Below are positions 1 to 12,682 of a stretch of DNA of 64,000 bases, in pieces; within the stretch, counting starts at the first letter, position 1; every line of letters begins with the position of its first letter. Source of the stretch: Octopus bimaculoides (taxonomy: Eukaryota); the NCBI RefSeq assembly GCF_001194135.2, contig NC_069000.1:18864324-18928323 (forward strand), given 5' to 3'. The position numbers and the translations under genes are program-made. A model generated the notes under the pieces. The model did not search any database, was not told where the DNA came from, and was given only the letters and a program-made list of their open reading frames with translations.

Positions 1-1860
1 CGTTGCCAGTGACACTAGACTGGCTCTTGTGCGGGTGACACATGAAATTTTTCGAGCGAGATCGTCGCCAGTGACCCTGAACTGGTTCTTGTGCAGGGCC
101 TTCGTAGGATTCTCGAGCGAGATCTTTGCCAGCGCCCCTGGACTGGCTCATGTGTGGGTGACACATGAAATGCACCGTTTTGGGTGTGGCCGTTGCCAGT
201 GCCGCTTGGCTGGCCTTCGTGTGATTTTCGAGCGAGATCGTTGCCAGTGCCCCTGAACAGGCTCTTGTGCGGGTGACAAGTGAAATGCACCGTTTTGAGC
301 GTGGCCCTTGCCAGTGCCGCCTGGCTGACATTCGTGGGATTTTCGATCGAGATCGTTGCCAGTACCCCTTGACTGACTCGTATGCTGGTGACACATGAGA
401 TGTTTCGAGCGAGATCGTTGCAAGTGCCCCTGAACTCGCTCTTGTGCATGGCCGTCGTAGGATTTTCCACCGAGATCGTTGCCAGTGGACATGGACTGGC
501 TCTTGTGCGGGTGACACATGAAATGCACCATTTTGAGCGTGACCGTTGCCAGTGCCGCCTCACTGGCCTTCGTGGGATTTTCGAGCGAGATCGTTGCCAG
601 TTCCACTGGACTGGCTCTTGTGCGGGGCCGTCGTAGGATTTTCGAGCGAGATCGTTGCCAGTGCCCCTGGGCTGGCTCTTGTGCGGGTAACACATGAAAT
701 CTTTCGAGCGAGATCGTTGCCAGTGCCCCTGAACTGGCTCTTGTGCGGGGGCCGTCGTACGATTTTCGAGCGAGATCGTTGCCAGTGCCCCTGGGCTGTC
801 TCTTGTAAGGGTAACNNNNNNNNNNNNNNNNNNNNNNNNNNNNNNNNNNNNNNNNNNNNNNNNNNNNNNNNNNNNNNNNNNNNNNNNNNNNNNNNNNNNN
901 NNNNNNNNNNNNNNNNNNNNNNNNNNNNNNNNNNNNNNNNNNNNNNNNNNNNNNNNNNNNNNNNNNNNNNNNNNNNNNNNNNNNNNNNNNNNNNNNNNNN
1001 NNNNNNNNNNNNNNNNNNNNNNNNNNNNNNNNNNNNNNNNNNNNNNNNNNNNNNNNNNNNNNNNNNNNNNNNNNNNNNNNNNNNNNNNNNNNNNNNNNNN
1101 NNNNNNNNNNNNNNNNNNNNNNNNNNNNNNNNNNNNNNNNNNNNNNNNNNNNNNNNNNNNNNNNNNNNNNNNNNNNNNNNNNNNNNNNNNNNNNNNNNNN
1201 NNNNNNNNNNNNNNNNNNNNNNNNNNNNNNNNNNNNNNNNNNNNNNNNNNNNNNNNNNNNNNNNNNNNNNNNNNNNNNNNNNNNNNNNNNNNNNNNNNNN
1301 NNNNNNNNNNNNNNNNNNNNNNNNNNNNNNNNNNNNNNNNNNNNNNNNNNNNNNNNNNNNNNNNNNNNNNNNNNNNNNNNNNNNNNNNNNNNNNNNNNNN
1401 NNNNNNNNNNNNNNNNNNNNNNNNNNNNNNNNNNNNNNNNNNNNNNNNNNNNNNNNNNNNNNNNNNNNNNNNNNNNNNNNNNNNNNNNNNNNNNNNNNNN
1501 NNNNNNNNNNNNNNNNNNNNNNNNNNNNNNNNNNNNNNNNNNNNNNNNNNNNNNNNNNNNNNNNNNNNNNNNNNNNNNNNNNNNNNNNNNNNNNNNNNNN
1601 NNNNNNNNNNNNNNNNNNNNNNNNNNNNNNNNNNNNNNNNNNTTGCCAGTGGACATGGACTGGCTCTTGTGCGGGTGACACATGAAATGCACCATTTTGA
1701 GCGTGACCGTTGCCAGTGCCGCCTCACTGGCCTTCGTGGGATTTTCGAGCGAGATCGTTGCCAGTGACCCTGGACTGGCTCTTGTGCGGGTGGCACATAA
1801 AATGCACCATTTTGAGAGTGGCCGTTGCCAGTACCGCCTGACTGGCCTTCGTGCAGGTGA
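1..1860 (+). repeat. Tandem array of ~47-68 bp units with higher-order structure, derived from a LINE 3' UTR repeat; interrupted by N-gap 816-1642
   Basis: The anchor TTGCCAGT / GAGCGAGATCGTTGCCAGT recurs every ~47-68 bp. The array runs directly into the LINE 3' terminus at 1861-2038. The long ORFs called here are repeat/gap artefacts. Confidence 0.9.
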
Positions 1861-2038
1861 CACGTAAAAGCACCCACTACACTCTCTGGGTGGTTGGCGT
1901 TAGGAAGGGCATCCAGCTGTAGAAACTCTGCCAAATCAGATTGGAGCCTTGTGTAGCTCTCTGGTTTCACCTGTCCTCAGTCAAATCGTCCAACCCATGC
2001 TAGCATGGAAAGCGGACGTTAAACGATGATGATGATGA
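1861..2038 (+). mobile_element. 3' terminus of RTE-type LINE family with (GAT)n tail
   Basis: GTGGTTGGCGTTAGGAAGGGCATCCAGCTGTAGAAACTCTGCC...CATGCTAGCATGGAAAGCGGACGTTAAAC(GAT)n; near-identical to copies at 16250-16428 and 42140-42325. Confidence 0.85.
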
Positions 2039-2097
2039 TATATATACACTTACACATACATACAGATATACACACACACACGTATCTATATATTCTT

Positions 2098-2275
2098 TTA
2101 TTTGTTTCGGACGTTTGACTGCAGCCATGCTGGAGCCTTTAATCAAACAAATCAACCCCAGGACTTATTCTTTGTAAGCCTGGTATTTACTCTATCGGTC
2201 TCTTTTTCTGAACTGCTAAGTTATGAGGATGTAGGCATGCCACCATCGGTTGTCAAGTGTTGGTAGGGGTATAAA
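2098..2275 (-). mobile_element. 3' half of tRNA-derived SINE (family 1)
   Basis: Matches 9805-9960 (TTTGACTGCAGCCATGCTGG...GGACTTATTCTTTGTAAGCC...TATCGGTCTC). Confidence 0.7.
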
Positions 2276-2297
2276 CACAAACACAGAGACACACAAA

Positions 2298-3225
2298 CAT
2301 CATCATCATCGTCGTCGTCGTTTAACGTCCGCTTTCCACACTGGTATGGGTTGGATGATTTGACTATGGGCTGGTAAGCCAGAAGGGTGTACCAGGCTCC
2401 AATCCAATCTGTCAAAGTTTCTACAGCTGAATGCCCTTCCTAACGCCAACCACTCTGAAAGTGTAGTGGGTGCTTTTTATGAGCCATCGGCATGAGGGCC
2501 AGTCAGGTGGTACTGGCATCGGCCACGCTTGAATAGTGCTTTTTACATGCCACTGGCATGGGTGCAAGTCAGGTGGCACTGGCATCAACCACGTTCGAAT
2601 GGTGCTTTTTACATGCCAGCAACACAGGAGCCAGTCAGGCAGCACTGGCAACTATCACACTCGAATGGTGCTTTTAACATGCCACTGGCACGAGTGTCAA
2701 TCAGGTGGTACTGTTATTGGCCATGACAACGATTTCACTTGCCTCAACAGGCCTTCTCAAGTGCAGTTTATTGCCCAATGATTACAGGGTACTCTTAAAT
2801 GGGATGGTTATGCTGCACTGGCATAGGCCACAGTTATGGTCTCACTTGGCTTGCCAGGTCTTCTCAAGCACAGCGTATCTCCAAAGGTCTCGGTCACTTG
2901 TCATTGCCTCGGTGAGGTCCAATGTTCAAATGTTGTGCTTCACCACCTCATCCTAGGACACAGCTGTCCTCATCCATTCGCAACACAACCATACCAGTGC
3001 AGTCATCTCTCTTGCACACCACATCTGATGCTTCTTAAGTCCAAATTCTCTCTCAGGGTGCTTACACTCTGACATTACACATCCAGCGGAGCATACTTCA
3101 TTTCTTGCAAGCTTATGCATGTCTTCAGCAGTCACGGCCCATGTTTCACTGCCATGTAGCATGGCTGTTTGCACACATGCATCATACAGTCTGCCTTTTA
3201 CTCTGAGCAAGAGGACCTTTGTCAC
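2298..3225 (-). mobile_element. 5'-truncated RTE LINE: ORF2 C-terminus, 3' UTR with ~4 tandem units, (GAT)n tail
   Basis: Minus-strand translation KGRLYDACVQTAMLHGSETW...; LTEAMTSDRDLWRYAVLEKT at the ORF2 end; the 3' end matches the 1861-2038 family. Confidence 0.85.
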
Positions 3226-3244
3226 CAGTAGAGGTAGGAGTTCT

Positions 3245-3830
3245 CTGTAATTTTACCAAAAGCTTGGCAATACCTGCTAAGAGGCCTGCACAAAGTTTTT
3301 CAGAAAGTTTTCATCATTCTCAACACAATCAAGATCTTGTGCAACTGAAATCCGAGTGTCCTTTTGGCCAGCTGAAAGCAATTTTGGCACAAACTTGGCA
3401 GACACATGTCTCATACCCAAATGTTCAGTGATAATGGTCTGAACTGAGCTGTAACTAATCTGCACATCCTCTGATAACTCATGGATGGTGATTCAACGAT
3501 TTTCACTCACAGCTGCACTCACATGTGCGATGTTTTCTTCAGTTCTGCTGGTTGCGAGCCTCCCAGAACGCTCATCGATATCAACACTTTTTTGGCCATC
3601 TTGGAAACGTCTGAACCACTTGTAACTCGTACACTTGTGTGTGGCTCATACACTCCTCCCCATACACTTTCTGCAACTTTGTGTAGGCCTCTGAGCAGGT
3701 ATCGCTATGACAACTTTCTCTGTCATGGTCAATGCGATGATCACACGCTACACATCTTCCTTCCAAGCACTGCTGCAAACAGTGAAAGTGAGCTAGAACG
3801 TTAAAACTTAGCAGAGTTCAAGGTCATCCT
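3245..3830 (-). mobile_element. Mariner transposase N-terminal fragment (decayed)
   Basis: TCSEAYTKLQKVYGEECMSHTQVYE (HTH) and ISYSSVQTIITEHLGMRHVSAKFVPKLLS (WVPH/E-L-like motif region). Confidence 0.8.
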
Positions 3831-4869
3831 GTGCCAAGCAGCTTCACTCTGTGCTTTAGCCTCAGTACTAGGGCAACAGTCCAGTTACTTATTGATCAGA
3901 CCAGCATCAGATACCAGAAAGGGGAACTTTACAAACTGACAAATCTCTTAATATATTCCCATTATACAGAATAGAAGCGCATATTTGAACCTGTATGGAA
4001 GTCTCCCTGTATTTTGTCATAGAGAAAAATTTCTTGCTGTTGACAAATAGGTGTAAACCTTCATCTGATGCTGAAGAGGAGATAACCACCCTGAAATATA
4101 GGCATCTATCAGTCTAGTTAGAGGGTACTTAGAACTGATTTGTTGTATTTACACCTATTTATCTGCAGTGAGAAATTTTTTCCATGGAGAAGAGTTGTTG
4201 TACTTATCTTAGTCTTGACCAGCTATTCAGCTCCTCCAGTGTGTGCCATATTCACCTGAGGAGTATTCTGGGAATGAGTAAATGAGTTTTGCTGCACTGA
4301 TAATTGGATTGTTCATTGGTCTATTGTGACTTGTTTGGGAATTTTCTTATACTAAAGTACCATGTAGAAAAGTAGTGTCATGTCCATCTGCTATTACAGA
4401 TGTCCATTATTTACCTTTTGGTATCATATTTACAATGGTTGCTCCTTTTCTCTGCTAGACTCCATCCATCCTTACACCTCTTTCATACCTTATCTCTCTC
4501 AATGCCCTCACATATTTAACATACACCTCTGTCTCCTGATAGACTCCTATACTGGTCACCTTCAATTACTAGAGACCCCTTTATTCCATCTCCCTTTGTT
4601 CTTATAAAACTTTCCCTTGTTCCCCCATCACTTCATCTACATCTACCCCCACTGTGCCCTGACATATCTACCACCACTTCTCTCACTCTTGCCATCTTTA
4701 TCTTTCTCTCTAAGTCTCCTTCCTCTCCAACTGGGAAATCCTTGTATCTCTTCTACAGCAAGATCCCCTTTTTTTTTTATCTCTCTGTTATTCTTTTAGC
4801 CTCTCATTAACTGGCACAAAGCCACCTCCTTCAATACTACTCCCCCCAGCTGAGGAGACTTTGTCCTGT

Positions 4870-5085
4870 CTTGTGAGGTACTTGGTGACTCTGCCAGTGC
4901 TGGTGCCACGTAAAAAGCACCCAGTACACTCTGTAAAGTGGTTGGTACTAGAAAAGGCACCAAGCCATAGAAACCATGCCAAAACAGACAACAGAGCTTG
5001 ACATAGCTCTCTGGTTTGCCAGCTCATATGAAACTGTCCAACCCATGCTAACATGGAAAGTAGATGTTAAATGATGATGAATATG
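4870..5085 (+). mobile_element. Diverged RTE LINE 3' terminus
   Basis: GTGCCACGTAAAAAGCACCC...CCAACCCATGCTAACATGGAAAGTAGATGTTAAATGATGATG, same family as 1861-2038. Confidence 0.7.
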
Positions 5086-5989
5086 ACTTTGCTCAATCTT
5101 AATTATCCAGTTTACATTATCACAATCTTGACTTATTATTCTTATTGGTTTAAACTGTCTGTATACTATATACCAATATTGTTGTTATTACCAAGGCAGT
5201 GAGCTGGAAGAATGCTTAGCGATTACAGCCATCTTCTTCAGTGTGGAATAACAAAAATTGGTGGGTTAGTTTATTAGATGTATAATAATGATCTATTAAA
5301 AGTACAATAATCTAGGAGAGTTATAACTGCCTCTCCTAAAACAGTCTTGAAACTTCTGGCATGCACATTGTAAGCACGTGTGTATGTGTACATATATGAG
5401 TTTGACTGCATGTCCAATTTACCTCCAACTGATGTCAATCTTAACACCCTCTATGCTTTACTTATCCCATTCTTTCTTTTTCATACAACTTTGTTTTCCT
5501 TGTTGACTGCTGTTTATTAAAAATGCTTTTTTTCCCTTCTCTCAATGCTTACACTTCCTCAAAAAAATTCTTAGCATCTAAATACAAGTAGAAAAAAAGG
5601 TAAAAAGAGACTGGAAGAAAAAAATTACACCAGACATTAAGTATTTCTCTCTCTCTCTCATGATTATACTTACATTATTTCTCCTTCTCCCTATCTCGAC
5701 ACTTAATGCTCTTCATAAAAATTTGCCAGTGCTTCCAGAGAATTGACACCAAGTTTTATTTTTTTAAAATTGTCACAATGACACAATTGTTATTTACATT
5801 TCCATATGTTCTGTCACTTGAATCCTCTACATCTTACTTTTTTGAAATCACATTTCACAATTTCTCTTTAACCTTATAAGTCATAGTTCAGCACCAGAAA
5901 GCAATATTTTCATTCTACATCATCGTTTGCCCAACTCCTTGATTGTTCTTTTTCTTTATAAAAGTTTTTTTTTCCCTCCTTGGTTATAA

Positions 5990-6480
5990 CAGGAAAGGAT
6001 ACTTGCTTTCAATTGCTTTGTTAATAATTTGTTTCCATCAATGATGCCATAAAAAGGATGTGCCCAACCTATGTGCCAAATGCAAGTGGGCTCTAAGGAC
6101 AGCAGACATAAATTAACAGCTTCAACAAAGAAAACAAGCTAATGCTTCCAGGAATGCAGCTTGCAAAAACTAGCTGATAGTGAAAGTGAAACTAGCTGTA
6201 AACAGAATGCAAGCAGACAAGCTATCTAGAGACAGCTGGAGATGCCTGATGAATGACAAGTTCACTTTTAATGGAATGTTGCCAAAGAAGTTGCAGATAG
6301 ACACCACATAGCAATATCAGGCAAAAAGCTCACCATCAAGATAAACAGTGATTAGATCCTGGCCATACACACTAATTGTAGAAGAAAAAAAAAAAGAAAA
6401 AAGAAAAGAGTGCCATCAACCATGGATTGTGACTATGCTTCTGAAAAATGTTTCAATTTGTACCATACCGAAAATTAGTG
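5990..6480 (+). mobile_element. Possible piggyBac transposase C-terminal relic (frameshifted)
   Basis: Fragments KENKLMLPGMQLAKT, RLDPGH and KKKEKRKE...DCDYASEKCFNLYHT resemble the piggyBac C-terminal Cys-rich domain (C..C...CF..YHT). Recognised by eye only. Confidence 0.35.
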
Positions 6481-7432
6481 ACAAGTTCGTAACCAATAAA
6501 TGGAAATGTGATAAATGCAATGTGTTGTTCAAATGGAAAAGTTGATCTTGCTGACCACCAGACTCTAAAACAGCTTCTTACTGAAGAATCCATGAGATTT
6601 TTTGGAAAACATAAAAAAATATAACTGATTTTCAAATGACTTCTTTAGAGCAAACCCCATCAGAAATGGAGAATCATGCCAACTTTTAAAGTACAAGGGC
6701 TCTACCAATTCTTCTACTCCACTGCTCTGCAATAATGATGATGGCAATGTTCATAATGCTCATCATTGCTTTAATGTCCATTTTCCATGCTAGAATAGAT
6801 TGAATGGATCCCAAAATAAGACATATAGCAACTTGTTTTGATGTTTCATTTCATCAGTGACAATAAATATCTCTGAGATGTGACTCGCTTCACCAATTCC
6901 TCTGATGTCATGTGTAATTTTCACTGTAAGCATATGGCATTTTTCACACTACTTATTTCAAATTTCCACACTGCCAGAGTTATCTTTCATGTATAGTGAT
7001 TGGTGCTTTTAATGTCCAGTCACTCTTAACTCACTTATACTTGATTTTCTACCGTAACTAATTTTCCTTTAGCTTTTGCCCATACCCAAATACAATAATA
7101 ATGATTTTATTTGAAAATTAGATAAGATCAATTGTTGGAAGCAAGAGGCCTAGAATAAATAGTAATCTATTCCAATATTCCAAATTTTTTATAATAATAT
7201 CACTGGGGTCATAACTGCATAGATTTTCAGTGTACTACAACATGGCTGCTAGCTTATTAGTTCATTAGGAAGATCTCTATTTGCTATGTAACTTATTGAA
7301 TATAATGTAGAGCTAAGAGTCTAAATACATAATAAATAGTCTAGCATATTTCCACCTTTGCTATCTATTTATAGAAAAGAATTATTTTGGAGAGAATAGA
7401 AAAGAATTATTTTTGAGAGATTACATGTCTAA

Positions 7433-7617
7433 CCCTTTAACATTTAAACCGTCCATATCTGTTTATGTTCAAACCAGCCAGATTCAGGCTCCCACACCTA
7501 CCGTACAATGTCATTCTAAAAATATACAATCACATCATCAAAATATCGAAGTTATGAGATAATACAATGTGAATAAATAAGCCTTATACTTGATAGAGTA
7601 ATCTAAATGCTAAATGG
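7433..7617. mobile_element. ~185 bp MITE with piggyBac-like ends
   Basis: Left CTAA|CCCTTTAACATTTA and right TAAATGCTAAATGG|TTAA form imperfect TIRs flanked by a TTAA-like site; a second copy lies at 62070-62244. Confidence 0.55.
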
Positions 7618-8381
7618 TTAATGAGTAAATAAATTTACGAGACAAAAATACAAAATTTTCTAATGGCCAGGAATAGAAGTCTATTTTTTTTTTAGCAAAA
7701 ATCTAATTTAAATTAGGTTTGCCATAGATGATATAATTAGATAAAAAAAAACCTATTCTCTTACATTTCTAGATTCAACAAATTGGAGACAATTTTTCAT
7801 GATCTTATAGAGTATCTAAAAGATTTTGTAATCAAACTTATTTAGGACACATTCTCCAGGTGGACATGAAACCCTAAAATGTTGCTATATTTGGCAGCTA
7901 AACAAATGATGCAAACAGAATACGATACATTGCACAGATGTACACCCCTCTCTCTCTCTCTCTCTGAAACAAAACTTATGGTAGACTGAAGTCATAACAC
8001 AACTTGTAATCTGTTTAAAGTATCCACCCAGTCATACTCAATCTATCCTATATATTGTTAAGTGTGGGTTAACAAACTTTACACACTGAAATTACACCTG
8101 TAGTAAAAAACATCATTAGTGTTCCTAACAGTCTTCTTTTTTTAAGGAGATCAGGGGAGAGAACTCCTAAATTTGAATTGATTAAACATTAAATAGAGAC
8201 GTGCAATAATGACATCTCTGAATGTTTCAGTTTGAAATACCTTCTGTAAATTTTAACTGATTAACAATATCTTTTTTATATTTCACGAAATTAAACAATA
8301 TGTATTTGTTTAACATTAAGGTATTTTTCTTACCAAATGTAACTTCATCACCATTTACATGTATACATGCATGTGTATGTG

Positions 8382-8420
<39 letters not shown>

Positions 8421-8889
8421 CATAGAAAAACATGTAATCGTTACCAATATAGCAAGAGATTTCACCGCAAATTTTGTTTGTTCTTAAATGTATTTCCCTG
8501 AAGATGTGTAAAGCAAATTATATGTTTGACTTAAATTTGACAGTCAAATTTAAGAAATGTTGACAGTCAAATTTAAGAAATGTTGACATAGGAATCAATT
8601 TCAATAATAATGGATATTAGCGTCAAAACTCTCTTTTAAATTTAAAACTTTGGTTATATATATATATATATATATATACACATCTTCATGAAATTGATGA
8701 TTTACACATAGCTAAATGAAGTTTGGTATGGTTTTATTCATTCAAGTTGTACTGAAAAGAAATTTAGTCTGGTGGAGAGAATCATTGATTTTACACAAAT
8801 AAACTAGTTCACAGATTGAGTATCCTCTTTCTTGTGTGCATTTCTAAAAATAAAAGTGTGTGTATGTGTGCACATGCTTGTATATGCAA

Positions 8890-9297
8890 GCATGGCTGTG
8901 TGGTAAGAAATTTGTTCCCAACCACAAAGTTTCAGGCTCAGTCCTTCTGAGGATGTAGTATGTGAGGATGTAGTATGTGGAAACTGAAAGGACACTAAAC
9001 TCCACTTGCGAAGACCTGTTGAGGCAAGTGAAATTGAAATAGAGTTAAATTCGACGACTGGCACCCATGCCAACATCGTCTCCTTCATTGGACACGAAAC
9101 TCAGCTTGCGAAGACTTATTGGGGCAAGCGAATACGAAATTGTGATGGCACCTGTGCCCAGCATCGCCTTTCTGGCACTTGTGCTCACGGCATGTGTAAG
9201 GACTTTCGAGCGAGATCGTTGCCAGTGCCCCTGGACTGGCTCTTGTGCGGGTGGCACATAAAATACACCATTTTGAGCGTAGCCGTTGCCAGTACCG
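8890..9297 (+). mobile_element. SINE family 1 head followed by RTE 3' UTR fragment running into an N-gap
   Basis: GCATGGCTGTGTGGTAAGAA head, then sequence matching the reverse complement of 55940-56000, then the GAGCGAGATCGTTGCCAGT unit. Confidence 0.6.
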
Positions 9298-9548
9298 NNN
9301 NNNNNNNNNNNNNNNNNNNNNNNNNNNNNNNNNNNNNNNNNNNNNNNNNNNNNNNNNNNNNNNNNNNNNNNNNNNNNNNNNNNNNNNNNNNNNNNNNNNN
9401 NNNNNNNNNNNNNNNNNNNNNNNNNNNNNNNNNNNNNNNNNNNNNNNNNNNNNNNNNNNNNNNNNNNNNNNNNNNNNNNNNNNNNNNNNNNNNNNNNNNN
9501 NNNNNNNNNNNNNNNNNNNNNNNNNNNNNNNNNNNNNNNNNNNNNNNN

Positions 9549-9593
<45 letters not shown>

Positions 9594-9804
9594 CACAAAC
9601 GTACGTACGTACATACATATATATGCATGTATGTGTTTTTCCCCCTTTCGCCACTTGGCAACAGGTGTTAGTTTGTTTACACATATCCTGCCAAAAAGAG
9701 ATCAATAGAATAAGTACCAGTCTTAAACAATCAAATACTGGGGTCAATTTGTTCATCTTAACCCTTCAAGATGCTACTCCAGCATGACTGCAGTCCAATG
9801 ACTT

Positions 9805-10163
9805 GTTTCAGTCATTTGACTGCAGCCATGCTGGAACACCGCCTTTTAGTTGAGCAAATCAATCCCAGGACTTATTCTTTGTAAGCCTAGTACTTATTCT
9901 ATCGGTCTCTTCTGCCGAACCGCTAAGTTACGGGGACCTAAACACACCAGCATCATTTGTCAAGTGATGTTGGGGGGACAAACACACATATACATATACA
10001 TGACGGGCTTCTTTCAGTTTCCGTCTACCAAATCCACTCACAAGGCTTTGGTCGGCCCGAGGCTATAGTAGAAGACACTTGCCTAAGGTGCCACGCAGTG
10101 GGACTGAACCCAGAACCATGTGGTTGGTAAGCAAGCTACTTACTACACAGCCACTCCTGCGCC
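9805..10163 (-). mobile_element. Full-length tRNA-derived SINE (family 1); a partial copy adjoins at ~9650-9800
   Basis: Minus-strand head AGGCGCAGGAGTGGCTGTGTAGTAAG (A box) ...GGGTTCAGTCCC (B box), internal (TG/TA) tract, 3' end GACTGAAACA; homologous to 26008-26365 and 56330-56665. Confidence 0.85.
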
Positions 10164-10459
10164 TAAAATAATTAGAAAATAAAATGGTTGTGAAAGATAT
10201 TTAAAAGTGTTAGACACCTGTAATAGATCATGTGACTGGCAATGTTTTGTGAAACATCAGGAGGTGGCTTTGCTTTGAAGCTAAAGAATAGGAACTTTGG
10301 CTTGGATAGTTTGTTCTCGATGGGTTGGTAGATGATATAGAGCTTTTTGGTGAGATATACGACCCAAAAATTTAGGTCCATTCCTAAATACCAGTTTTCA
10401 TTCTATTATTATCCATCTGATGTTCATATTCTTTATAGAATCCTCTGATTCCAATGCAT

Positions 10460-10623
10460 TTAGACTGCTATGTATTTTTCAAAGAGCCCTTCTGGAATGG
10501 TAGTTTCTGACTTTGTTCTCTGTTTGCCCTGTGCAGAAAGTGCTATTGTTGCTAATGACTGGCAATGATGATGATGATGATGACATGCTTGAATGTGTGA
10601 AGACAGGATAGTTGCAAAGCAGC
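10460..10623 (-). CDS. Candidate terminal exon (phase 1): GCFATILSSHIQACHHHHHHCQSLATIALSAQGKQRTKSETTIPEGLFEKYIAV*
   Basis: Acceptor ...catattaattacag| followed by 54 codons to TAA; no recognised homology. Confidence 0.15.
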
Positions 10624-11041
10624 CTGTAATTAATATGTAGAATGACTCTTTTATTGCAATCTTTAGATAAATTAAATTACTAGCTAAATGAGATAAGCAA
10701 AATGTACAGAATGAAAATGTCAAAAAGATAACGGAAAGGATTTTAGCCTTACAGTTATAGCAGTTCATTTCTTTCCATCTTTAATATCTAGTCAAACAGA
10801 ATTCAATAAGAATTTAACAACAATAAAATCTTCTTAACTGACAAATAACATAATTCAACAACTCAGTTTCTCCTCCATCATTTTTAATTTACAAATTTCA
10901 TTGAAAAACAAACACAAAAGCCAGTCTGGGTTTACACGTTTATTCCTGAAGTGAATGTATGCACAAAATAATTGTGGTTTAAATACATACACTCTCAATA
11001 GATCTACACATCTAATTATAATAAAACCGTTTATTAAAACT

Positions 11042-11127
11042 TCAGCATGTGGTCAAGATTGTAGCAGTGGTAGGGGTGATACTTGTCACTGCCCGGCTCC
11101 TCTCACTTAGATTCTTCTTTTCAGTAT
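11042..11127 (-). CDS. Candidate terminal exon (phase 1): (D)TEKKNLSERSRAVTSITPTTATILTTC*
   Basis: Strong acceptor ttgcatttgtattttatattgcag|, GC-elevated island in AT-rich flanks, the other two frames stop early, and AATAAA lies 6-7 nt after the TGA. Protein not recognised. Confidence 0.3.
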
Positions 11128-12643
11128 CTGCAATATAAAATACAAATGCAACATGTCAAATGTAAAACACCCCACCCACCCTCACATCCACCCACCCACC
11201 CATACATACACTCACACACACACACATATGATTTATAAAGGGATATAATTGAGCAAGACATGTTTCGGTTATTTTTACTGCTTCCCTTATGACTACTCAA
11301 TCGGATGAGTTGATTTCAAAAAATGTCACTGTGAACTCCTTTAGCTAGGATTTTGACCGACTTTTTCCTTTCAACTACTAATTATGCTAGTGAGGTAACA
11401 CTTAAAAAATGCAAACCTGAGTGGGTTGTTTAAGAGGAGGGAAGAGTGGACGTTTGACAAGTGTGGAGAAGCACATTAATGTAATCACAGTAGAAGTCTA
11501 ACTGAGTTCTTTTCTATTTAATACAAAACAAAACAACCAGCTTAGTACAGTTGATTGTGGCAAACCCATCCTGTGCCTAAGACCGTAACCTGTCTTTAAT
11601 CTGTGTACAAGTTAAACGGTCTCAGGGTAAGGGGGGGCGCCATCAAGGGTTGGTAGTTGTGTAGTAGTTATAAAATTCAATGACACAATACATTAAAAAA
11701 AAAGACTAAAAGATAATGGAGCTGATGCTGTAGCTGGTTAGCTAGATGTCCAAAGTAAAATGCCAACAATGAATTGGTCAAATAATTATAGGCCATAGTC
11801 AGTGACAAGACAATGGTATGATAAATAAATTTAGTTGCTCTTAACTTAATTCATATAGAGAACAGTAAAAAAAAAAATTAACTGTAATTATGTAGTGAAG
11901 AAAAAAGGTATTAGTCATTGACTAATATTAGTTTAATAATTTTGGCAAGTTGGACCATATTTCTGTCCTATTATGGCCTCATCAGCAAAGCACAAATCCT
12001 TATGAGTGAGTAAATGTACAGTTGTTGACATAGAAAAAAATTGTTAGGTATGAAAAATAAAGCACAACATACAACACCCTCATATCCTACCTCAATTCAG
12101 TATTACCTAGTTATACACACACACACATTTCACATTAACCTGATTTTATTTTTTAAACCAATATCATGCAAATAAAATAGATTTGTCATAGTCCAGTTTC
12201 AGAAGTGTCAAAATACAAGTATAAGTAAAATAATTTTGATTATACAAAAGATTAGAATAAAATAAAAAATAAAAAGGAAGATGTGGCTTGTGTAGGAACA
12301 AGTAAACATAAACTCAGGATCTTTGTGTGTTAAGACCACTGGTGTTTAAGTCAACTGCTCTCAGCTAGCCACTCCTCCTACTATAGTGATATCATTGGAG
12401 TAGTTTATAAAACATTAGTCTAATGGACAGGGTAGGAGGAGAAGCAAGGTTATTCAGTGCAAATTCTTCAGAAATATTGAATAACCCAATCAAGTGTAAC
12501 TTATAACTACTTTACCCTTTTACTCATAACTAAAGAAAACCAAGATTGTCATTATAAAAACTCATTGAAATAATTTCAGTGAATGAAAATCATAAATGGT
12601 TAAGTTTTATCAATATATAAAATGACAAAACCTCAATCATTTC

Positions 12644-12676
<33 letters not shown>

Positions 12677-12682
<6 letters not shown>

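Noticed and set aside
1-815. CRISPR-like periodicity of a conserved ~19-bp anchor
   Set aside because: The intervening sequences are homologous to each other rather than unique spacers, there are no cas genes, and the context is eukaryotic.
15-1970. Long ORFs (up to 651 aa) at the window start
   Set aside because: They are produced by a tandem repeat read through an N-gap; several frames on both strands are open and no domain is recognisable.
11345-11394. Plus-strand 50-nt segment with AG/GT sites (RILTDFFLSTTNYASE)
   Set aside because: It is short and has no homology; such pseudo-exons are expected by chance in 64 kb.
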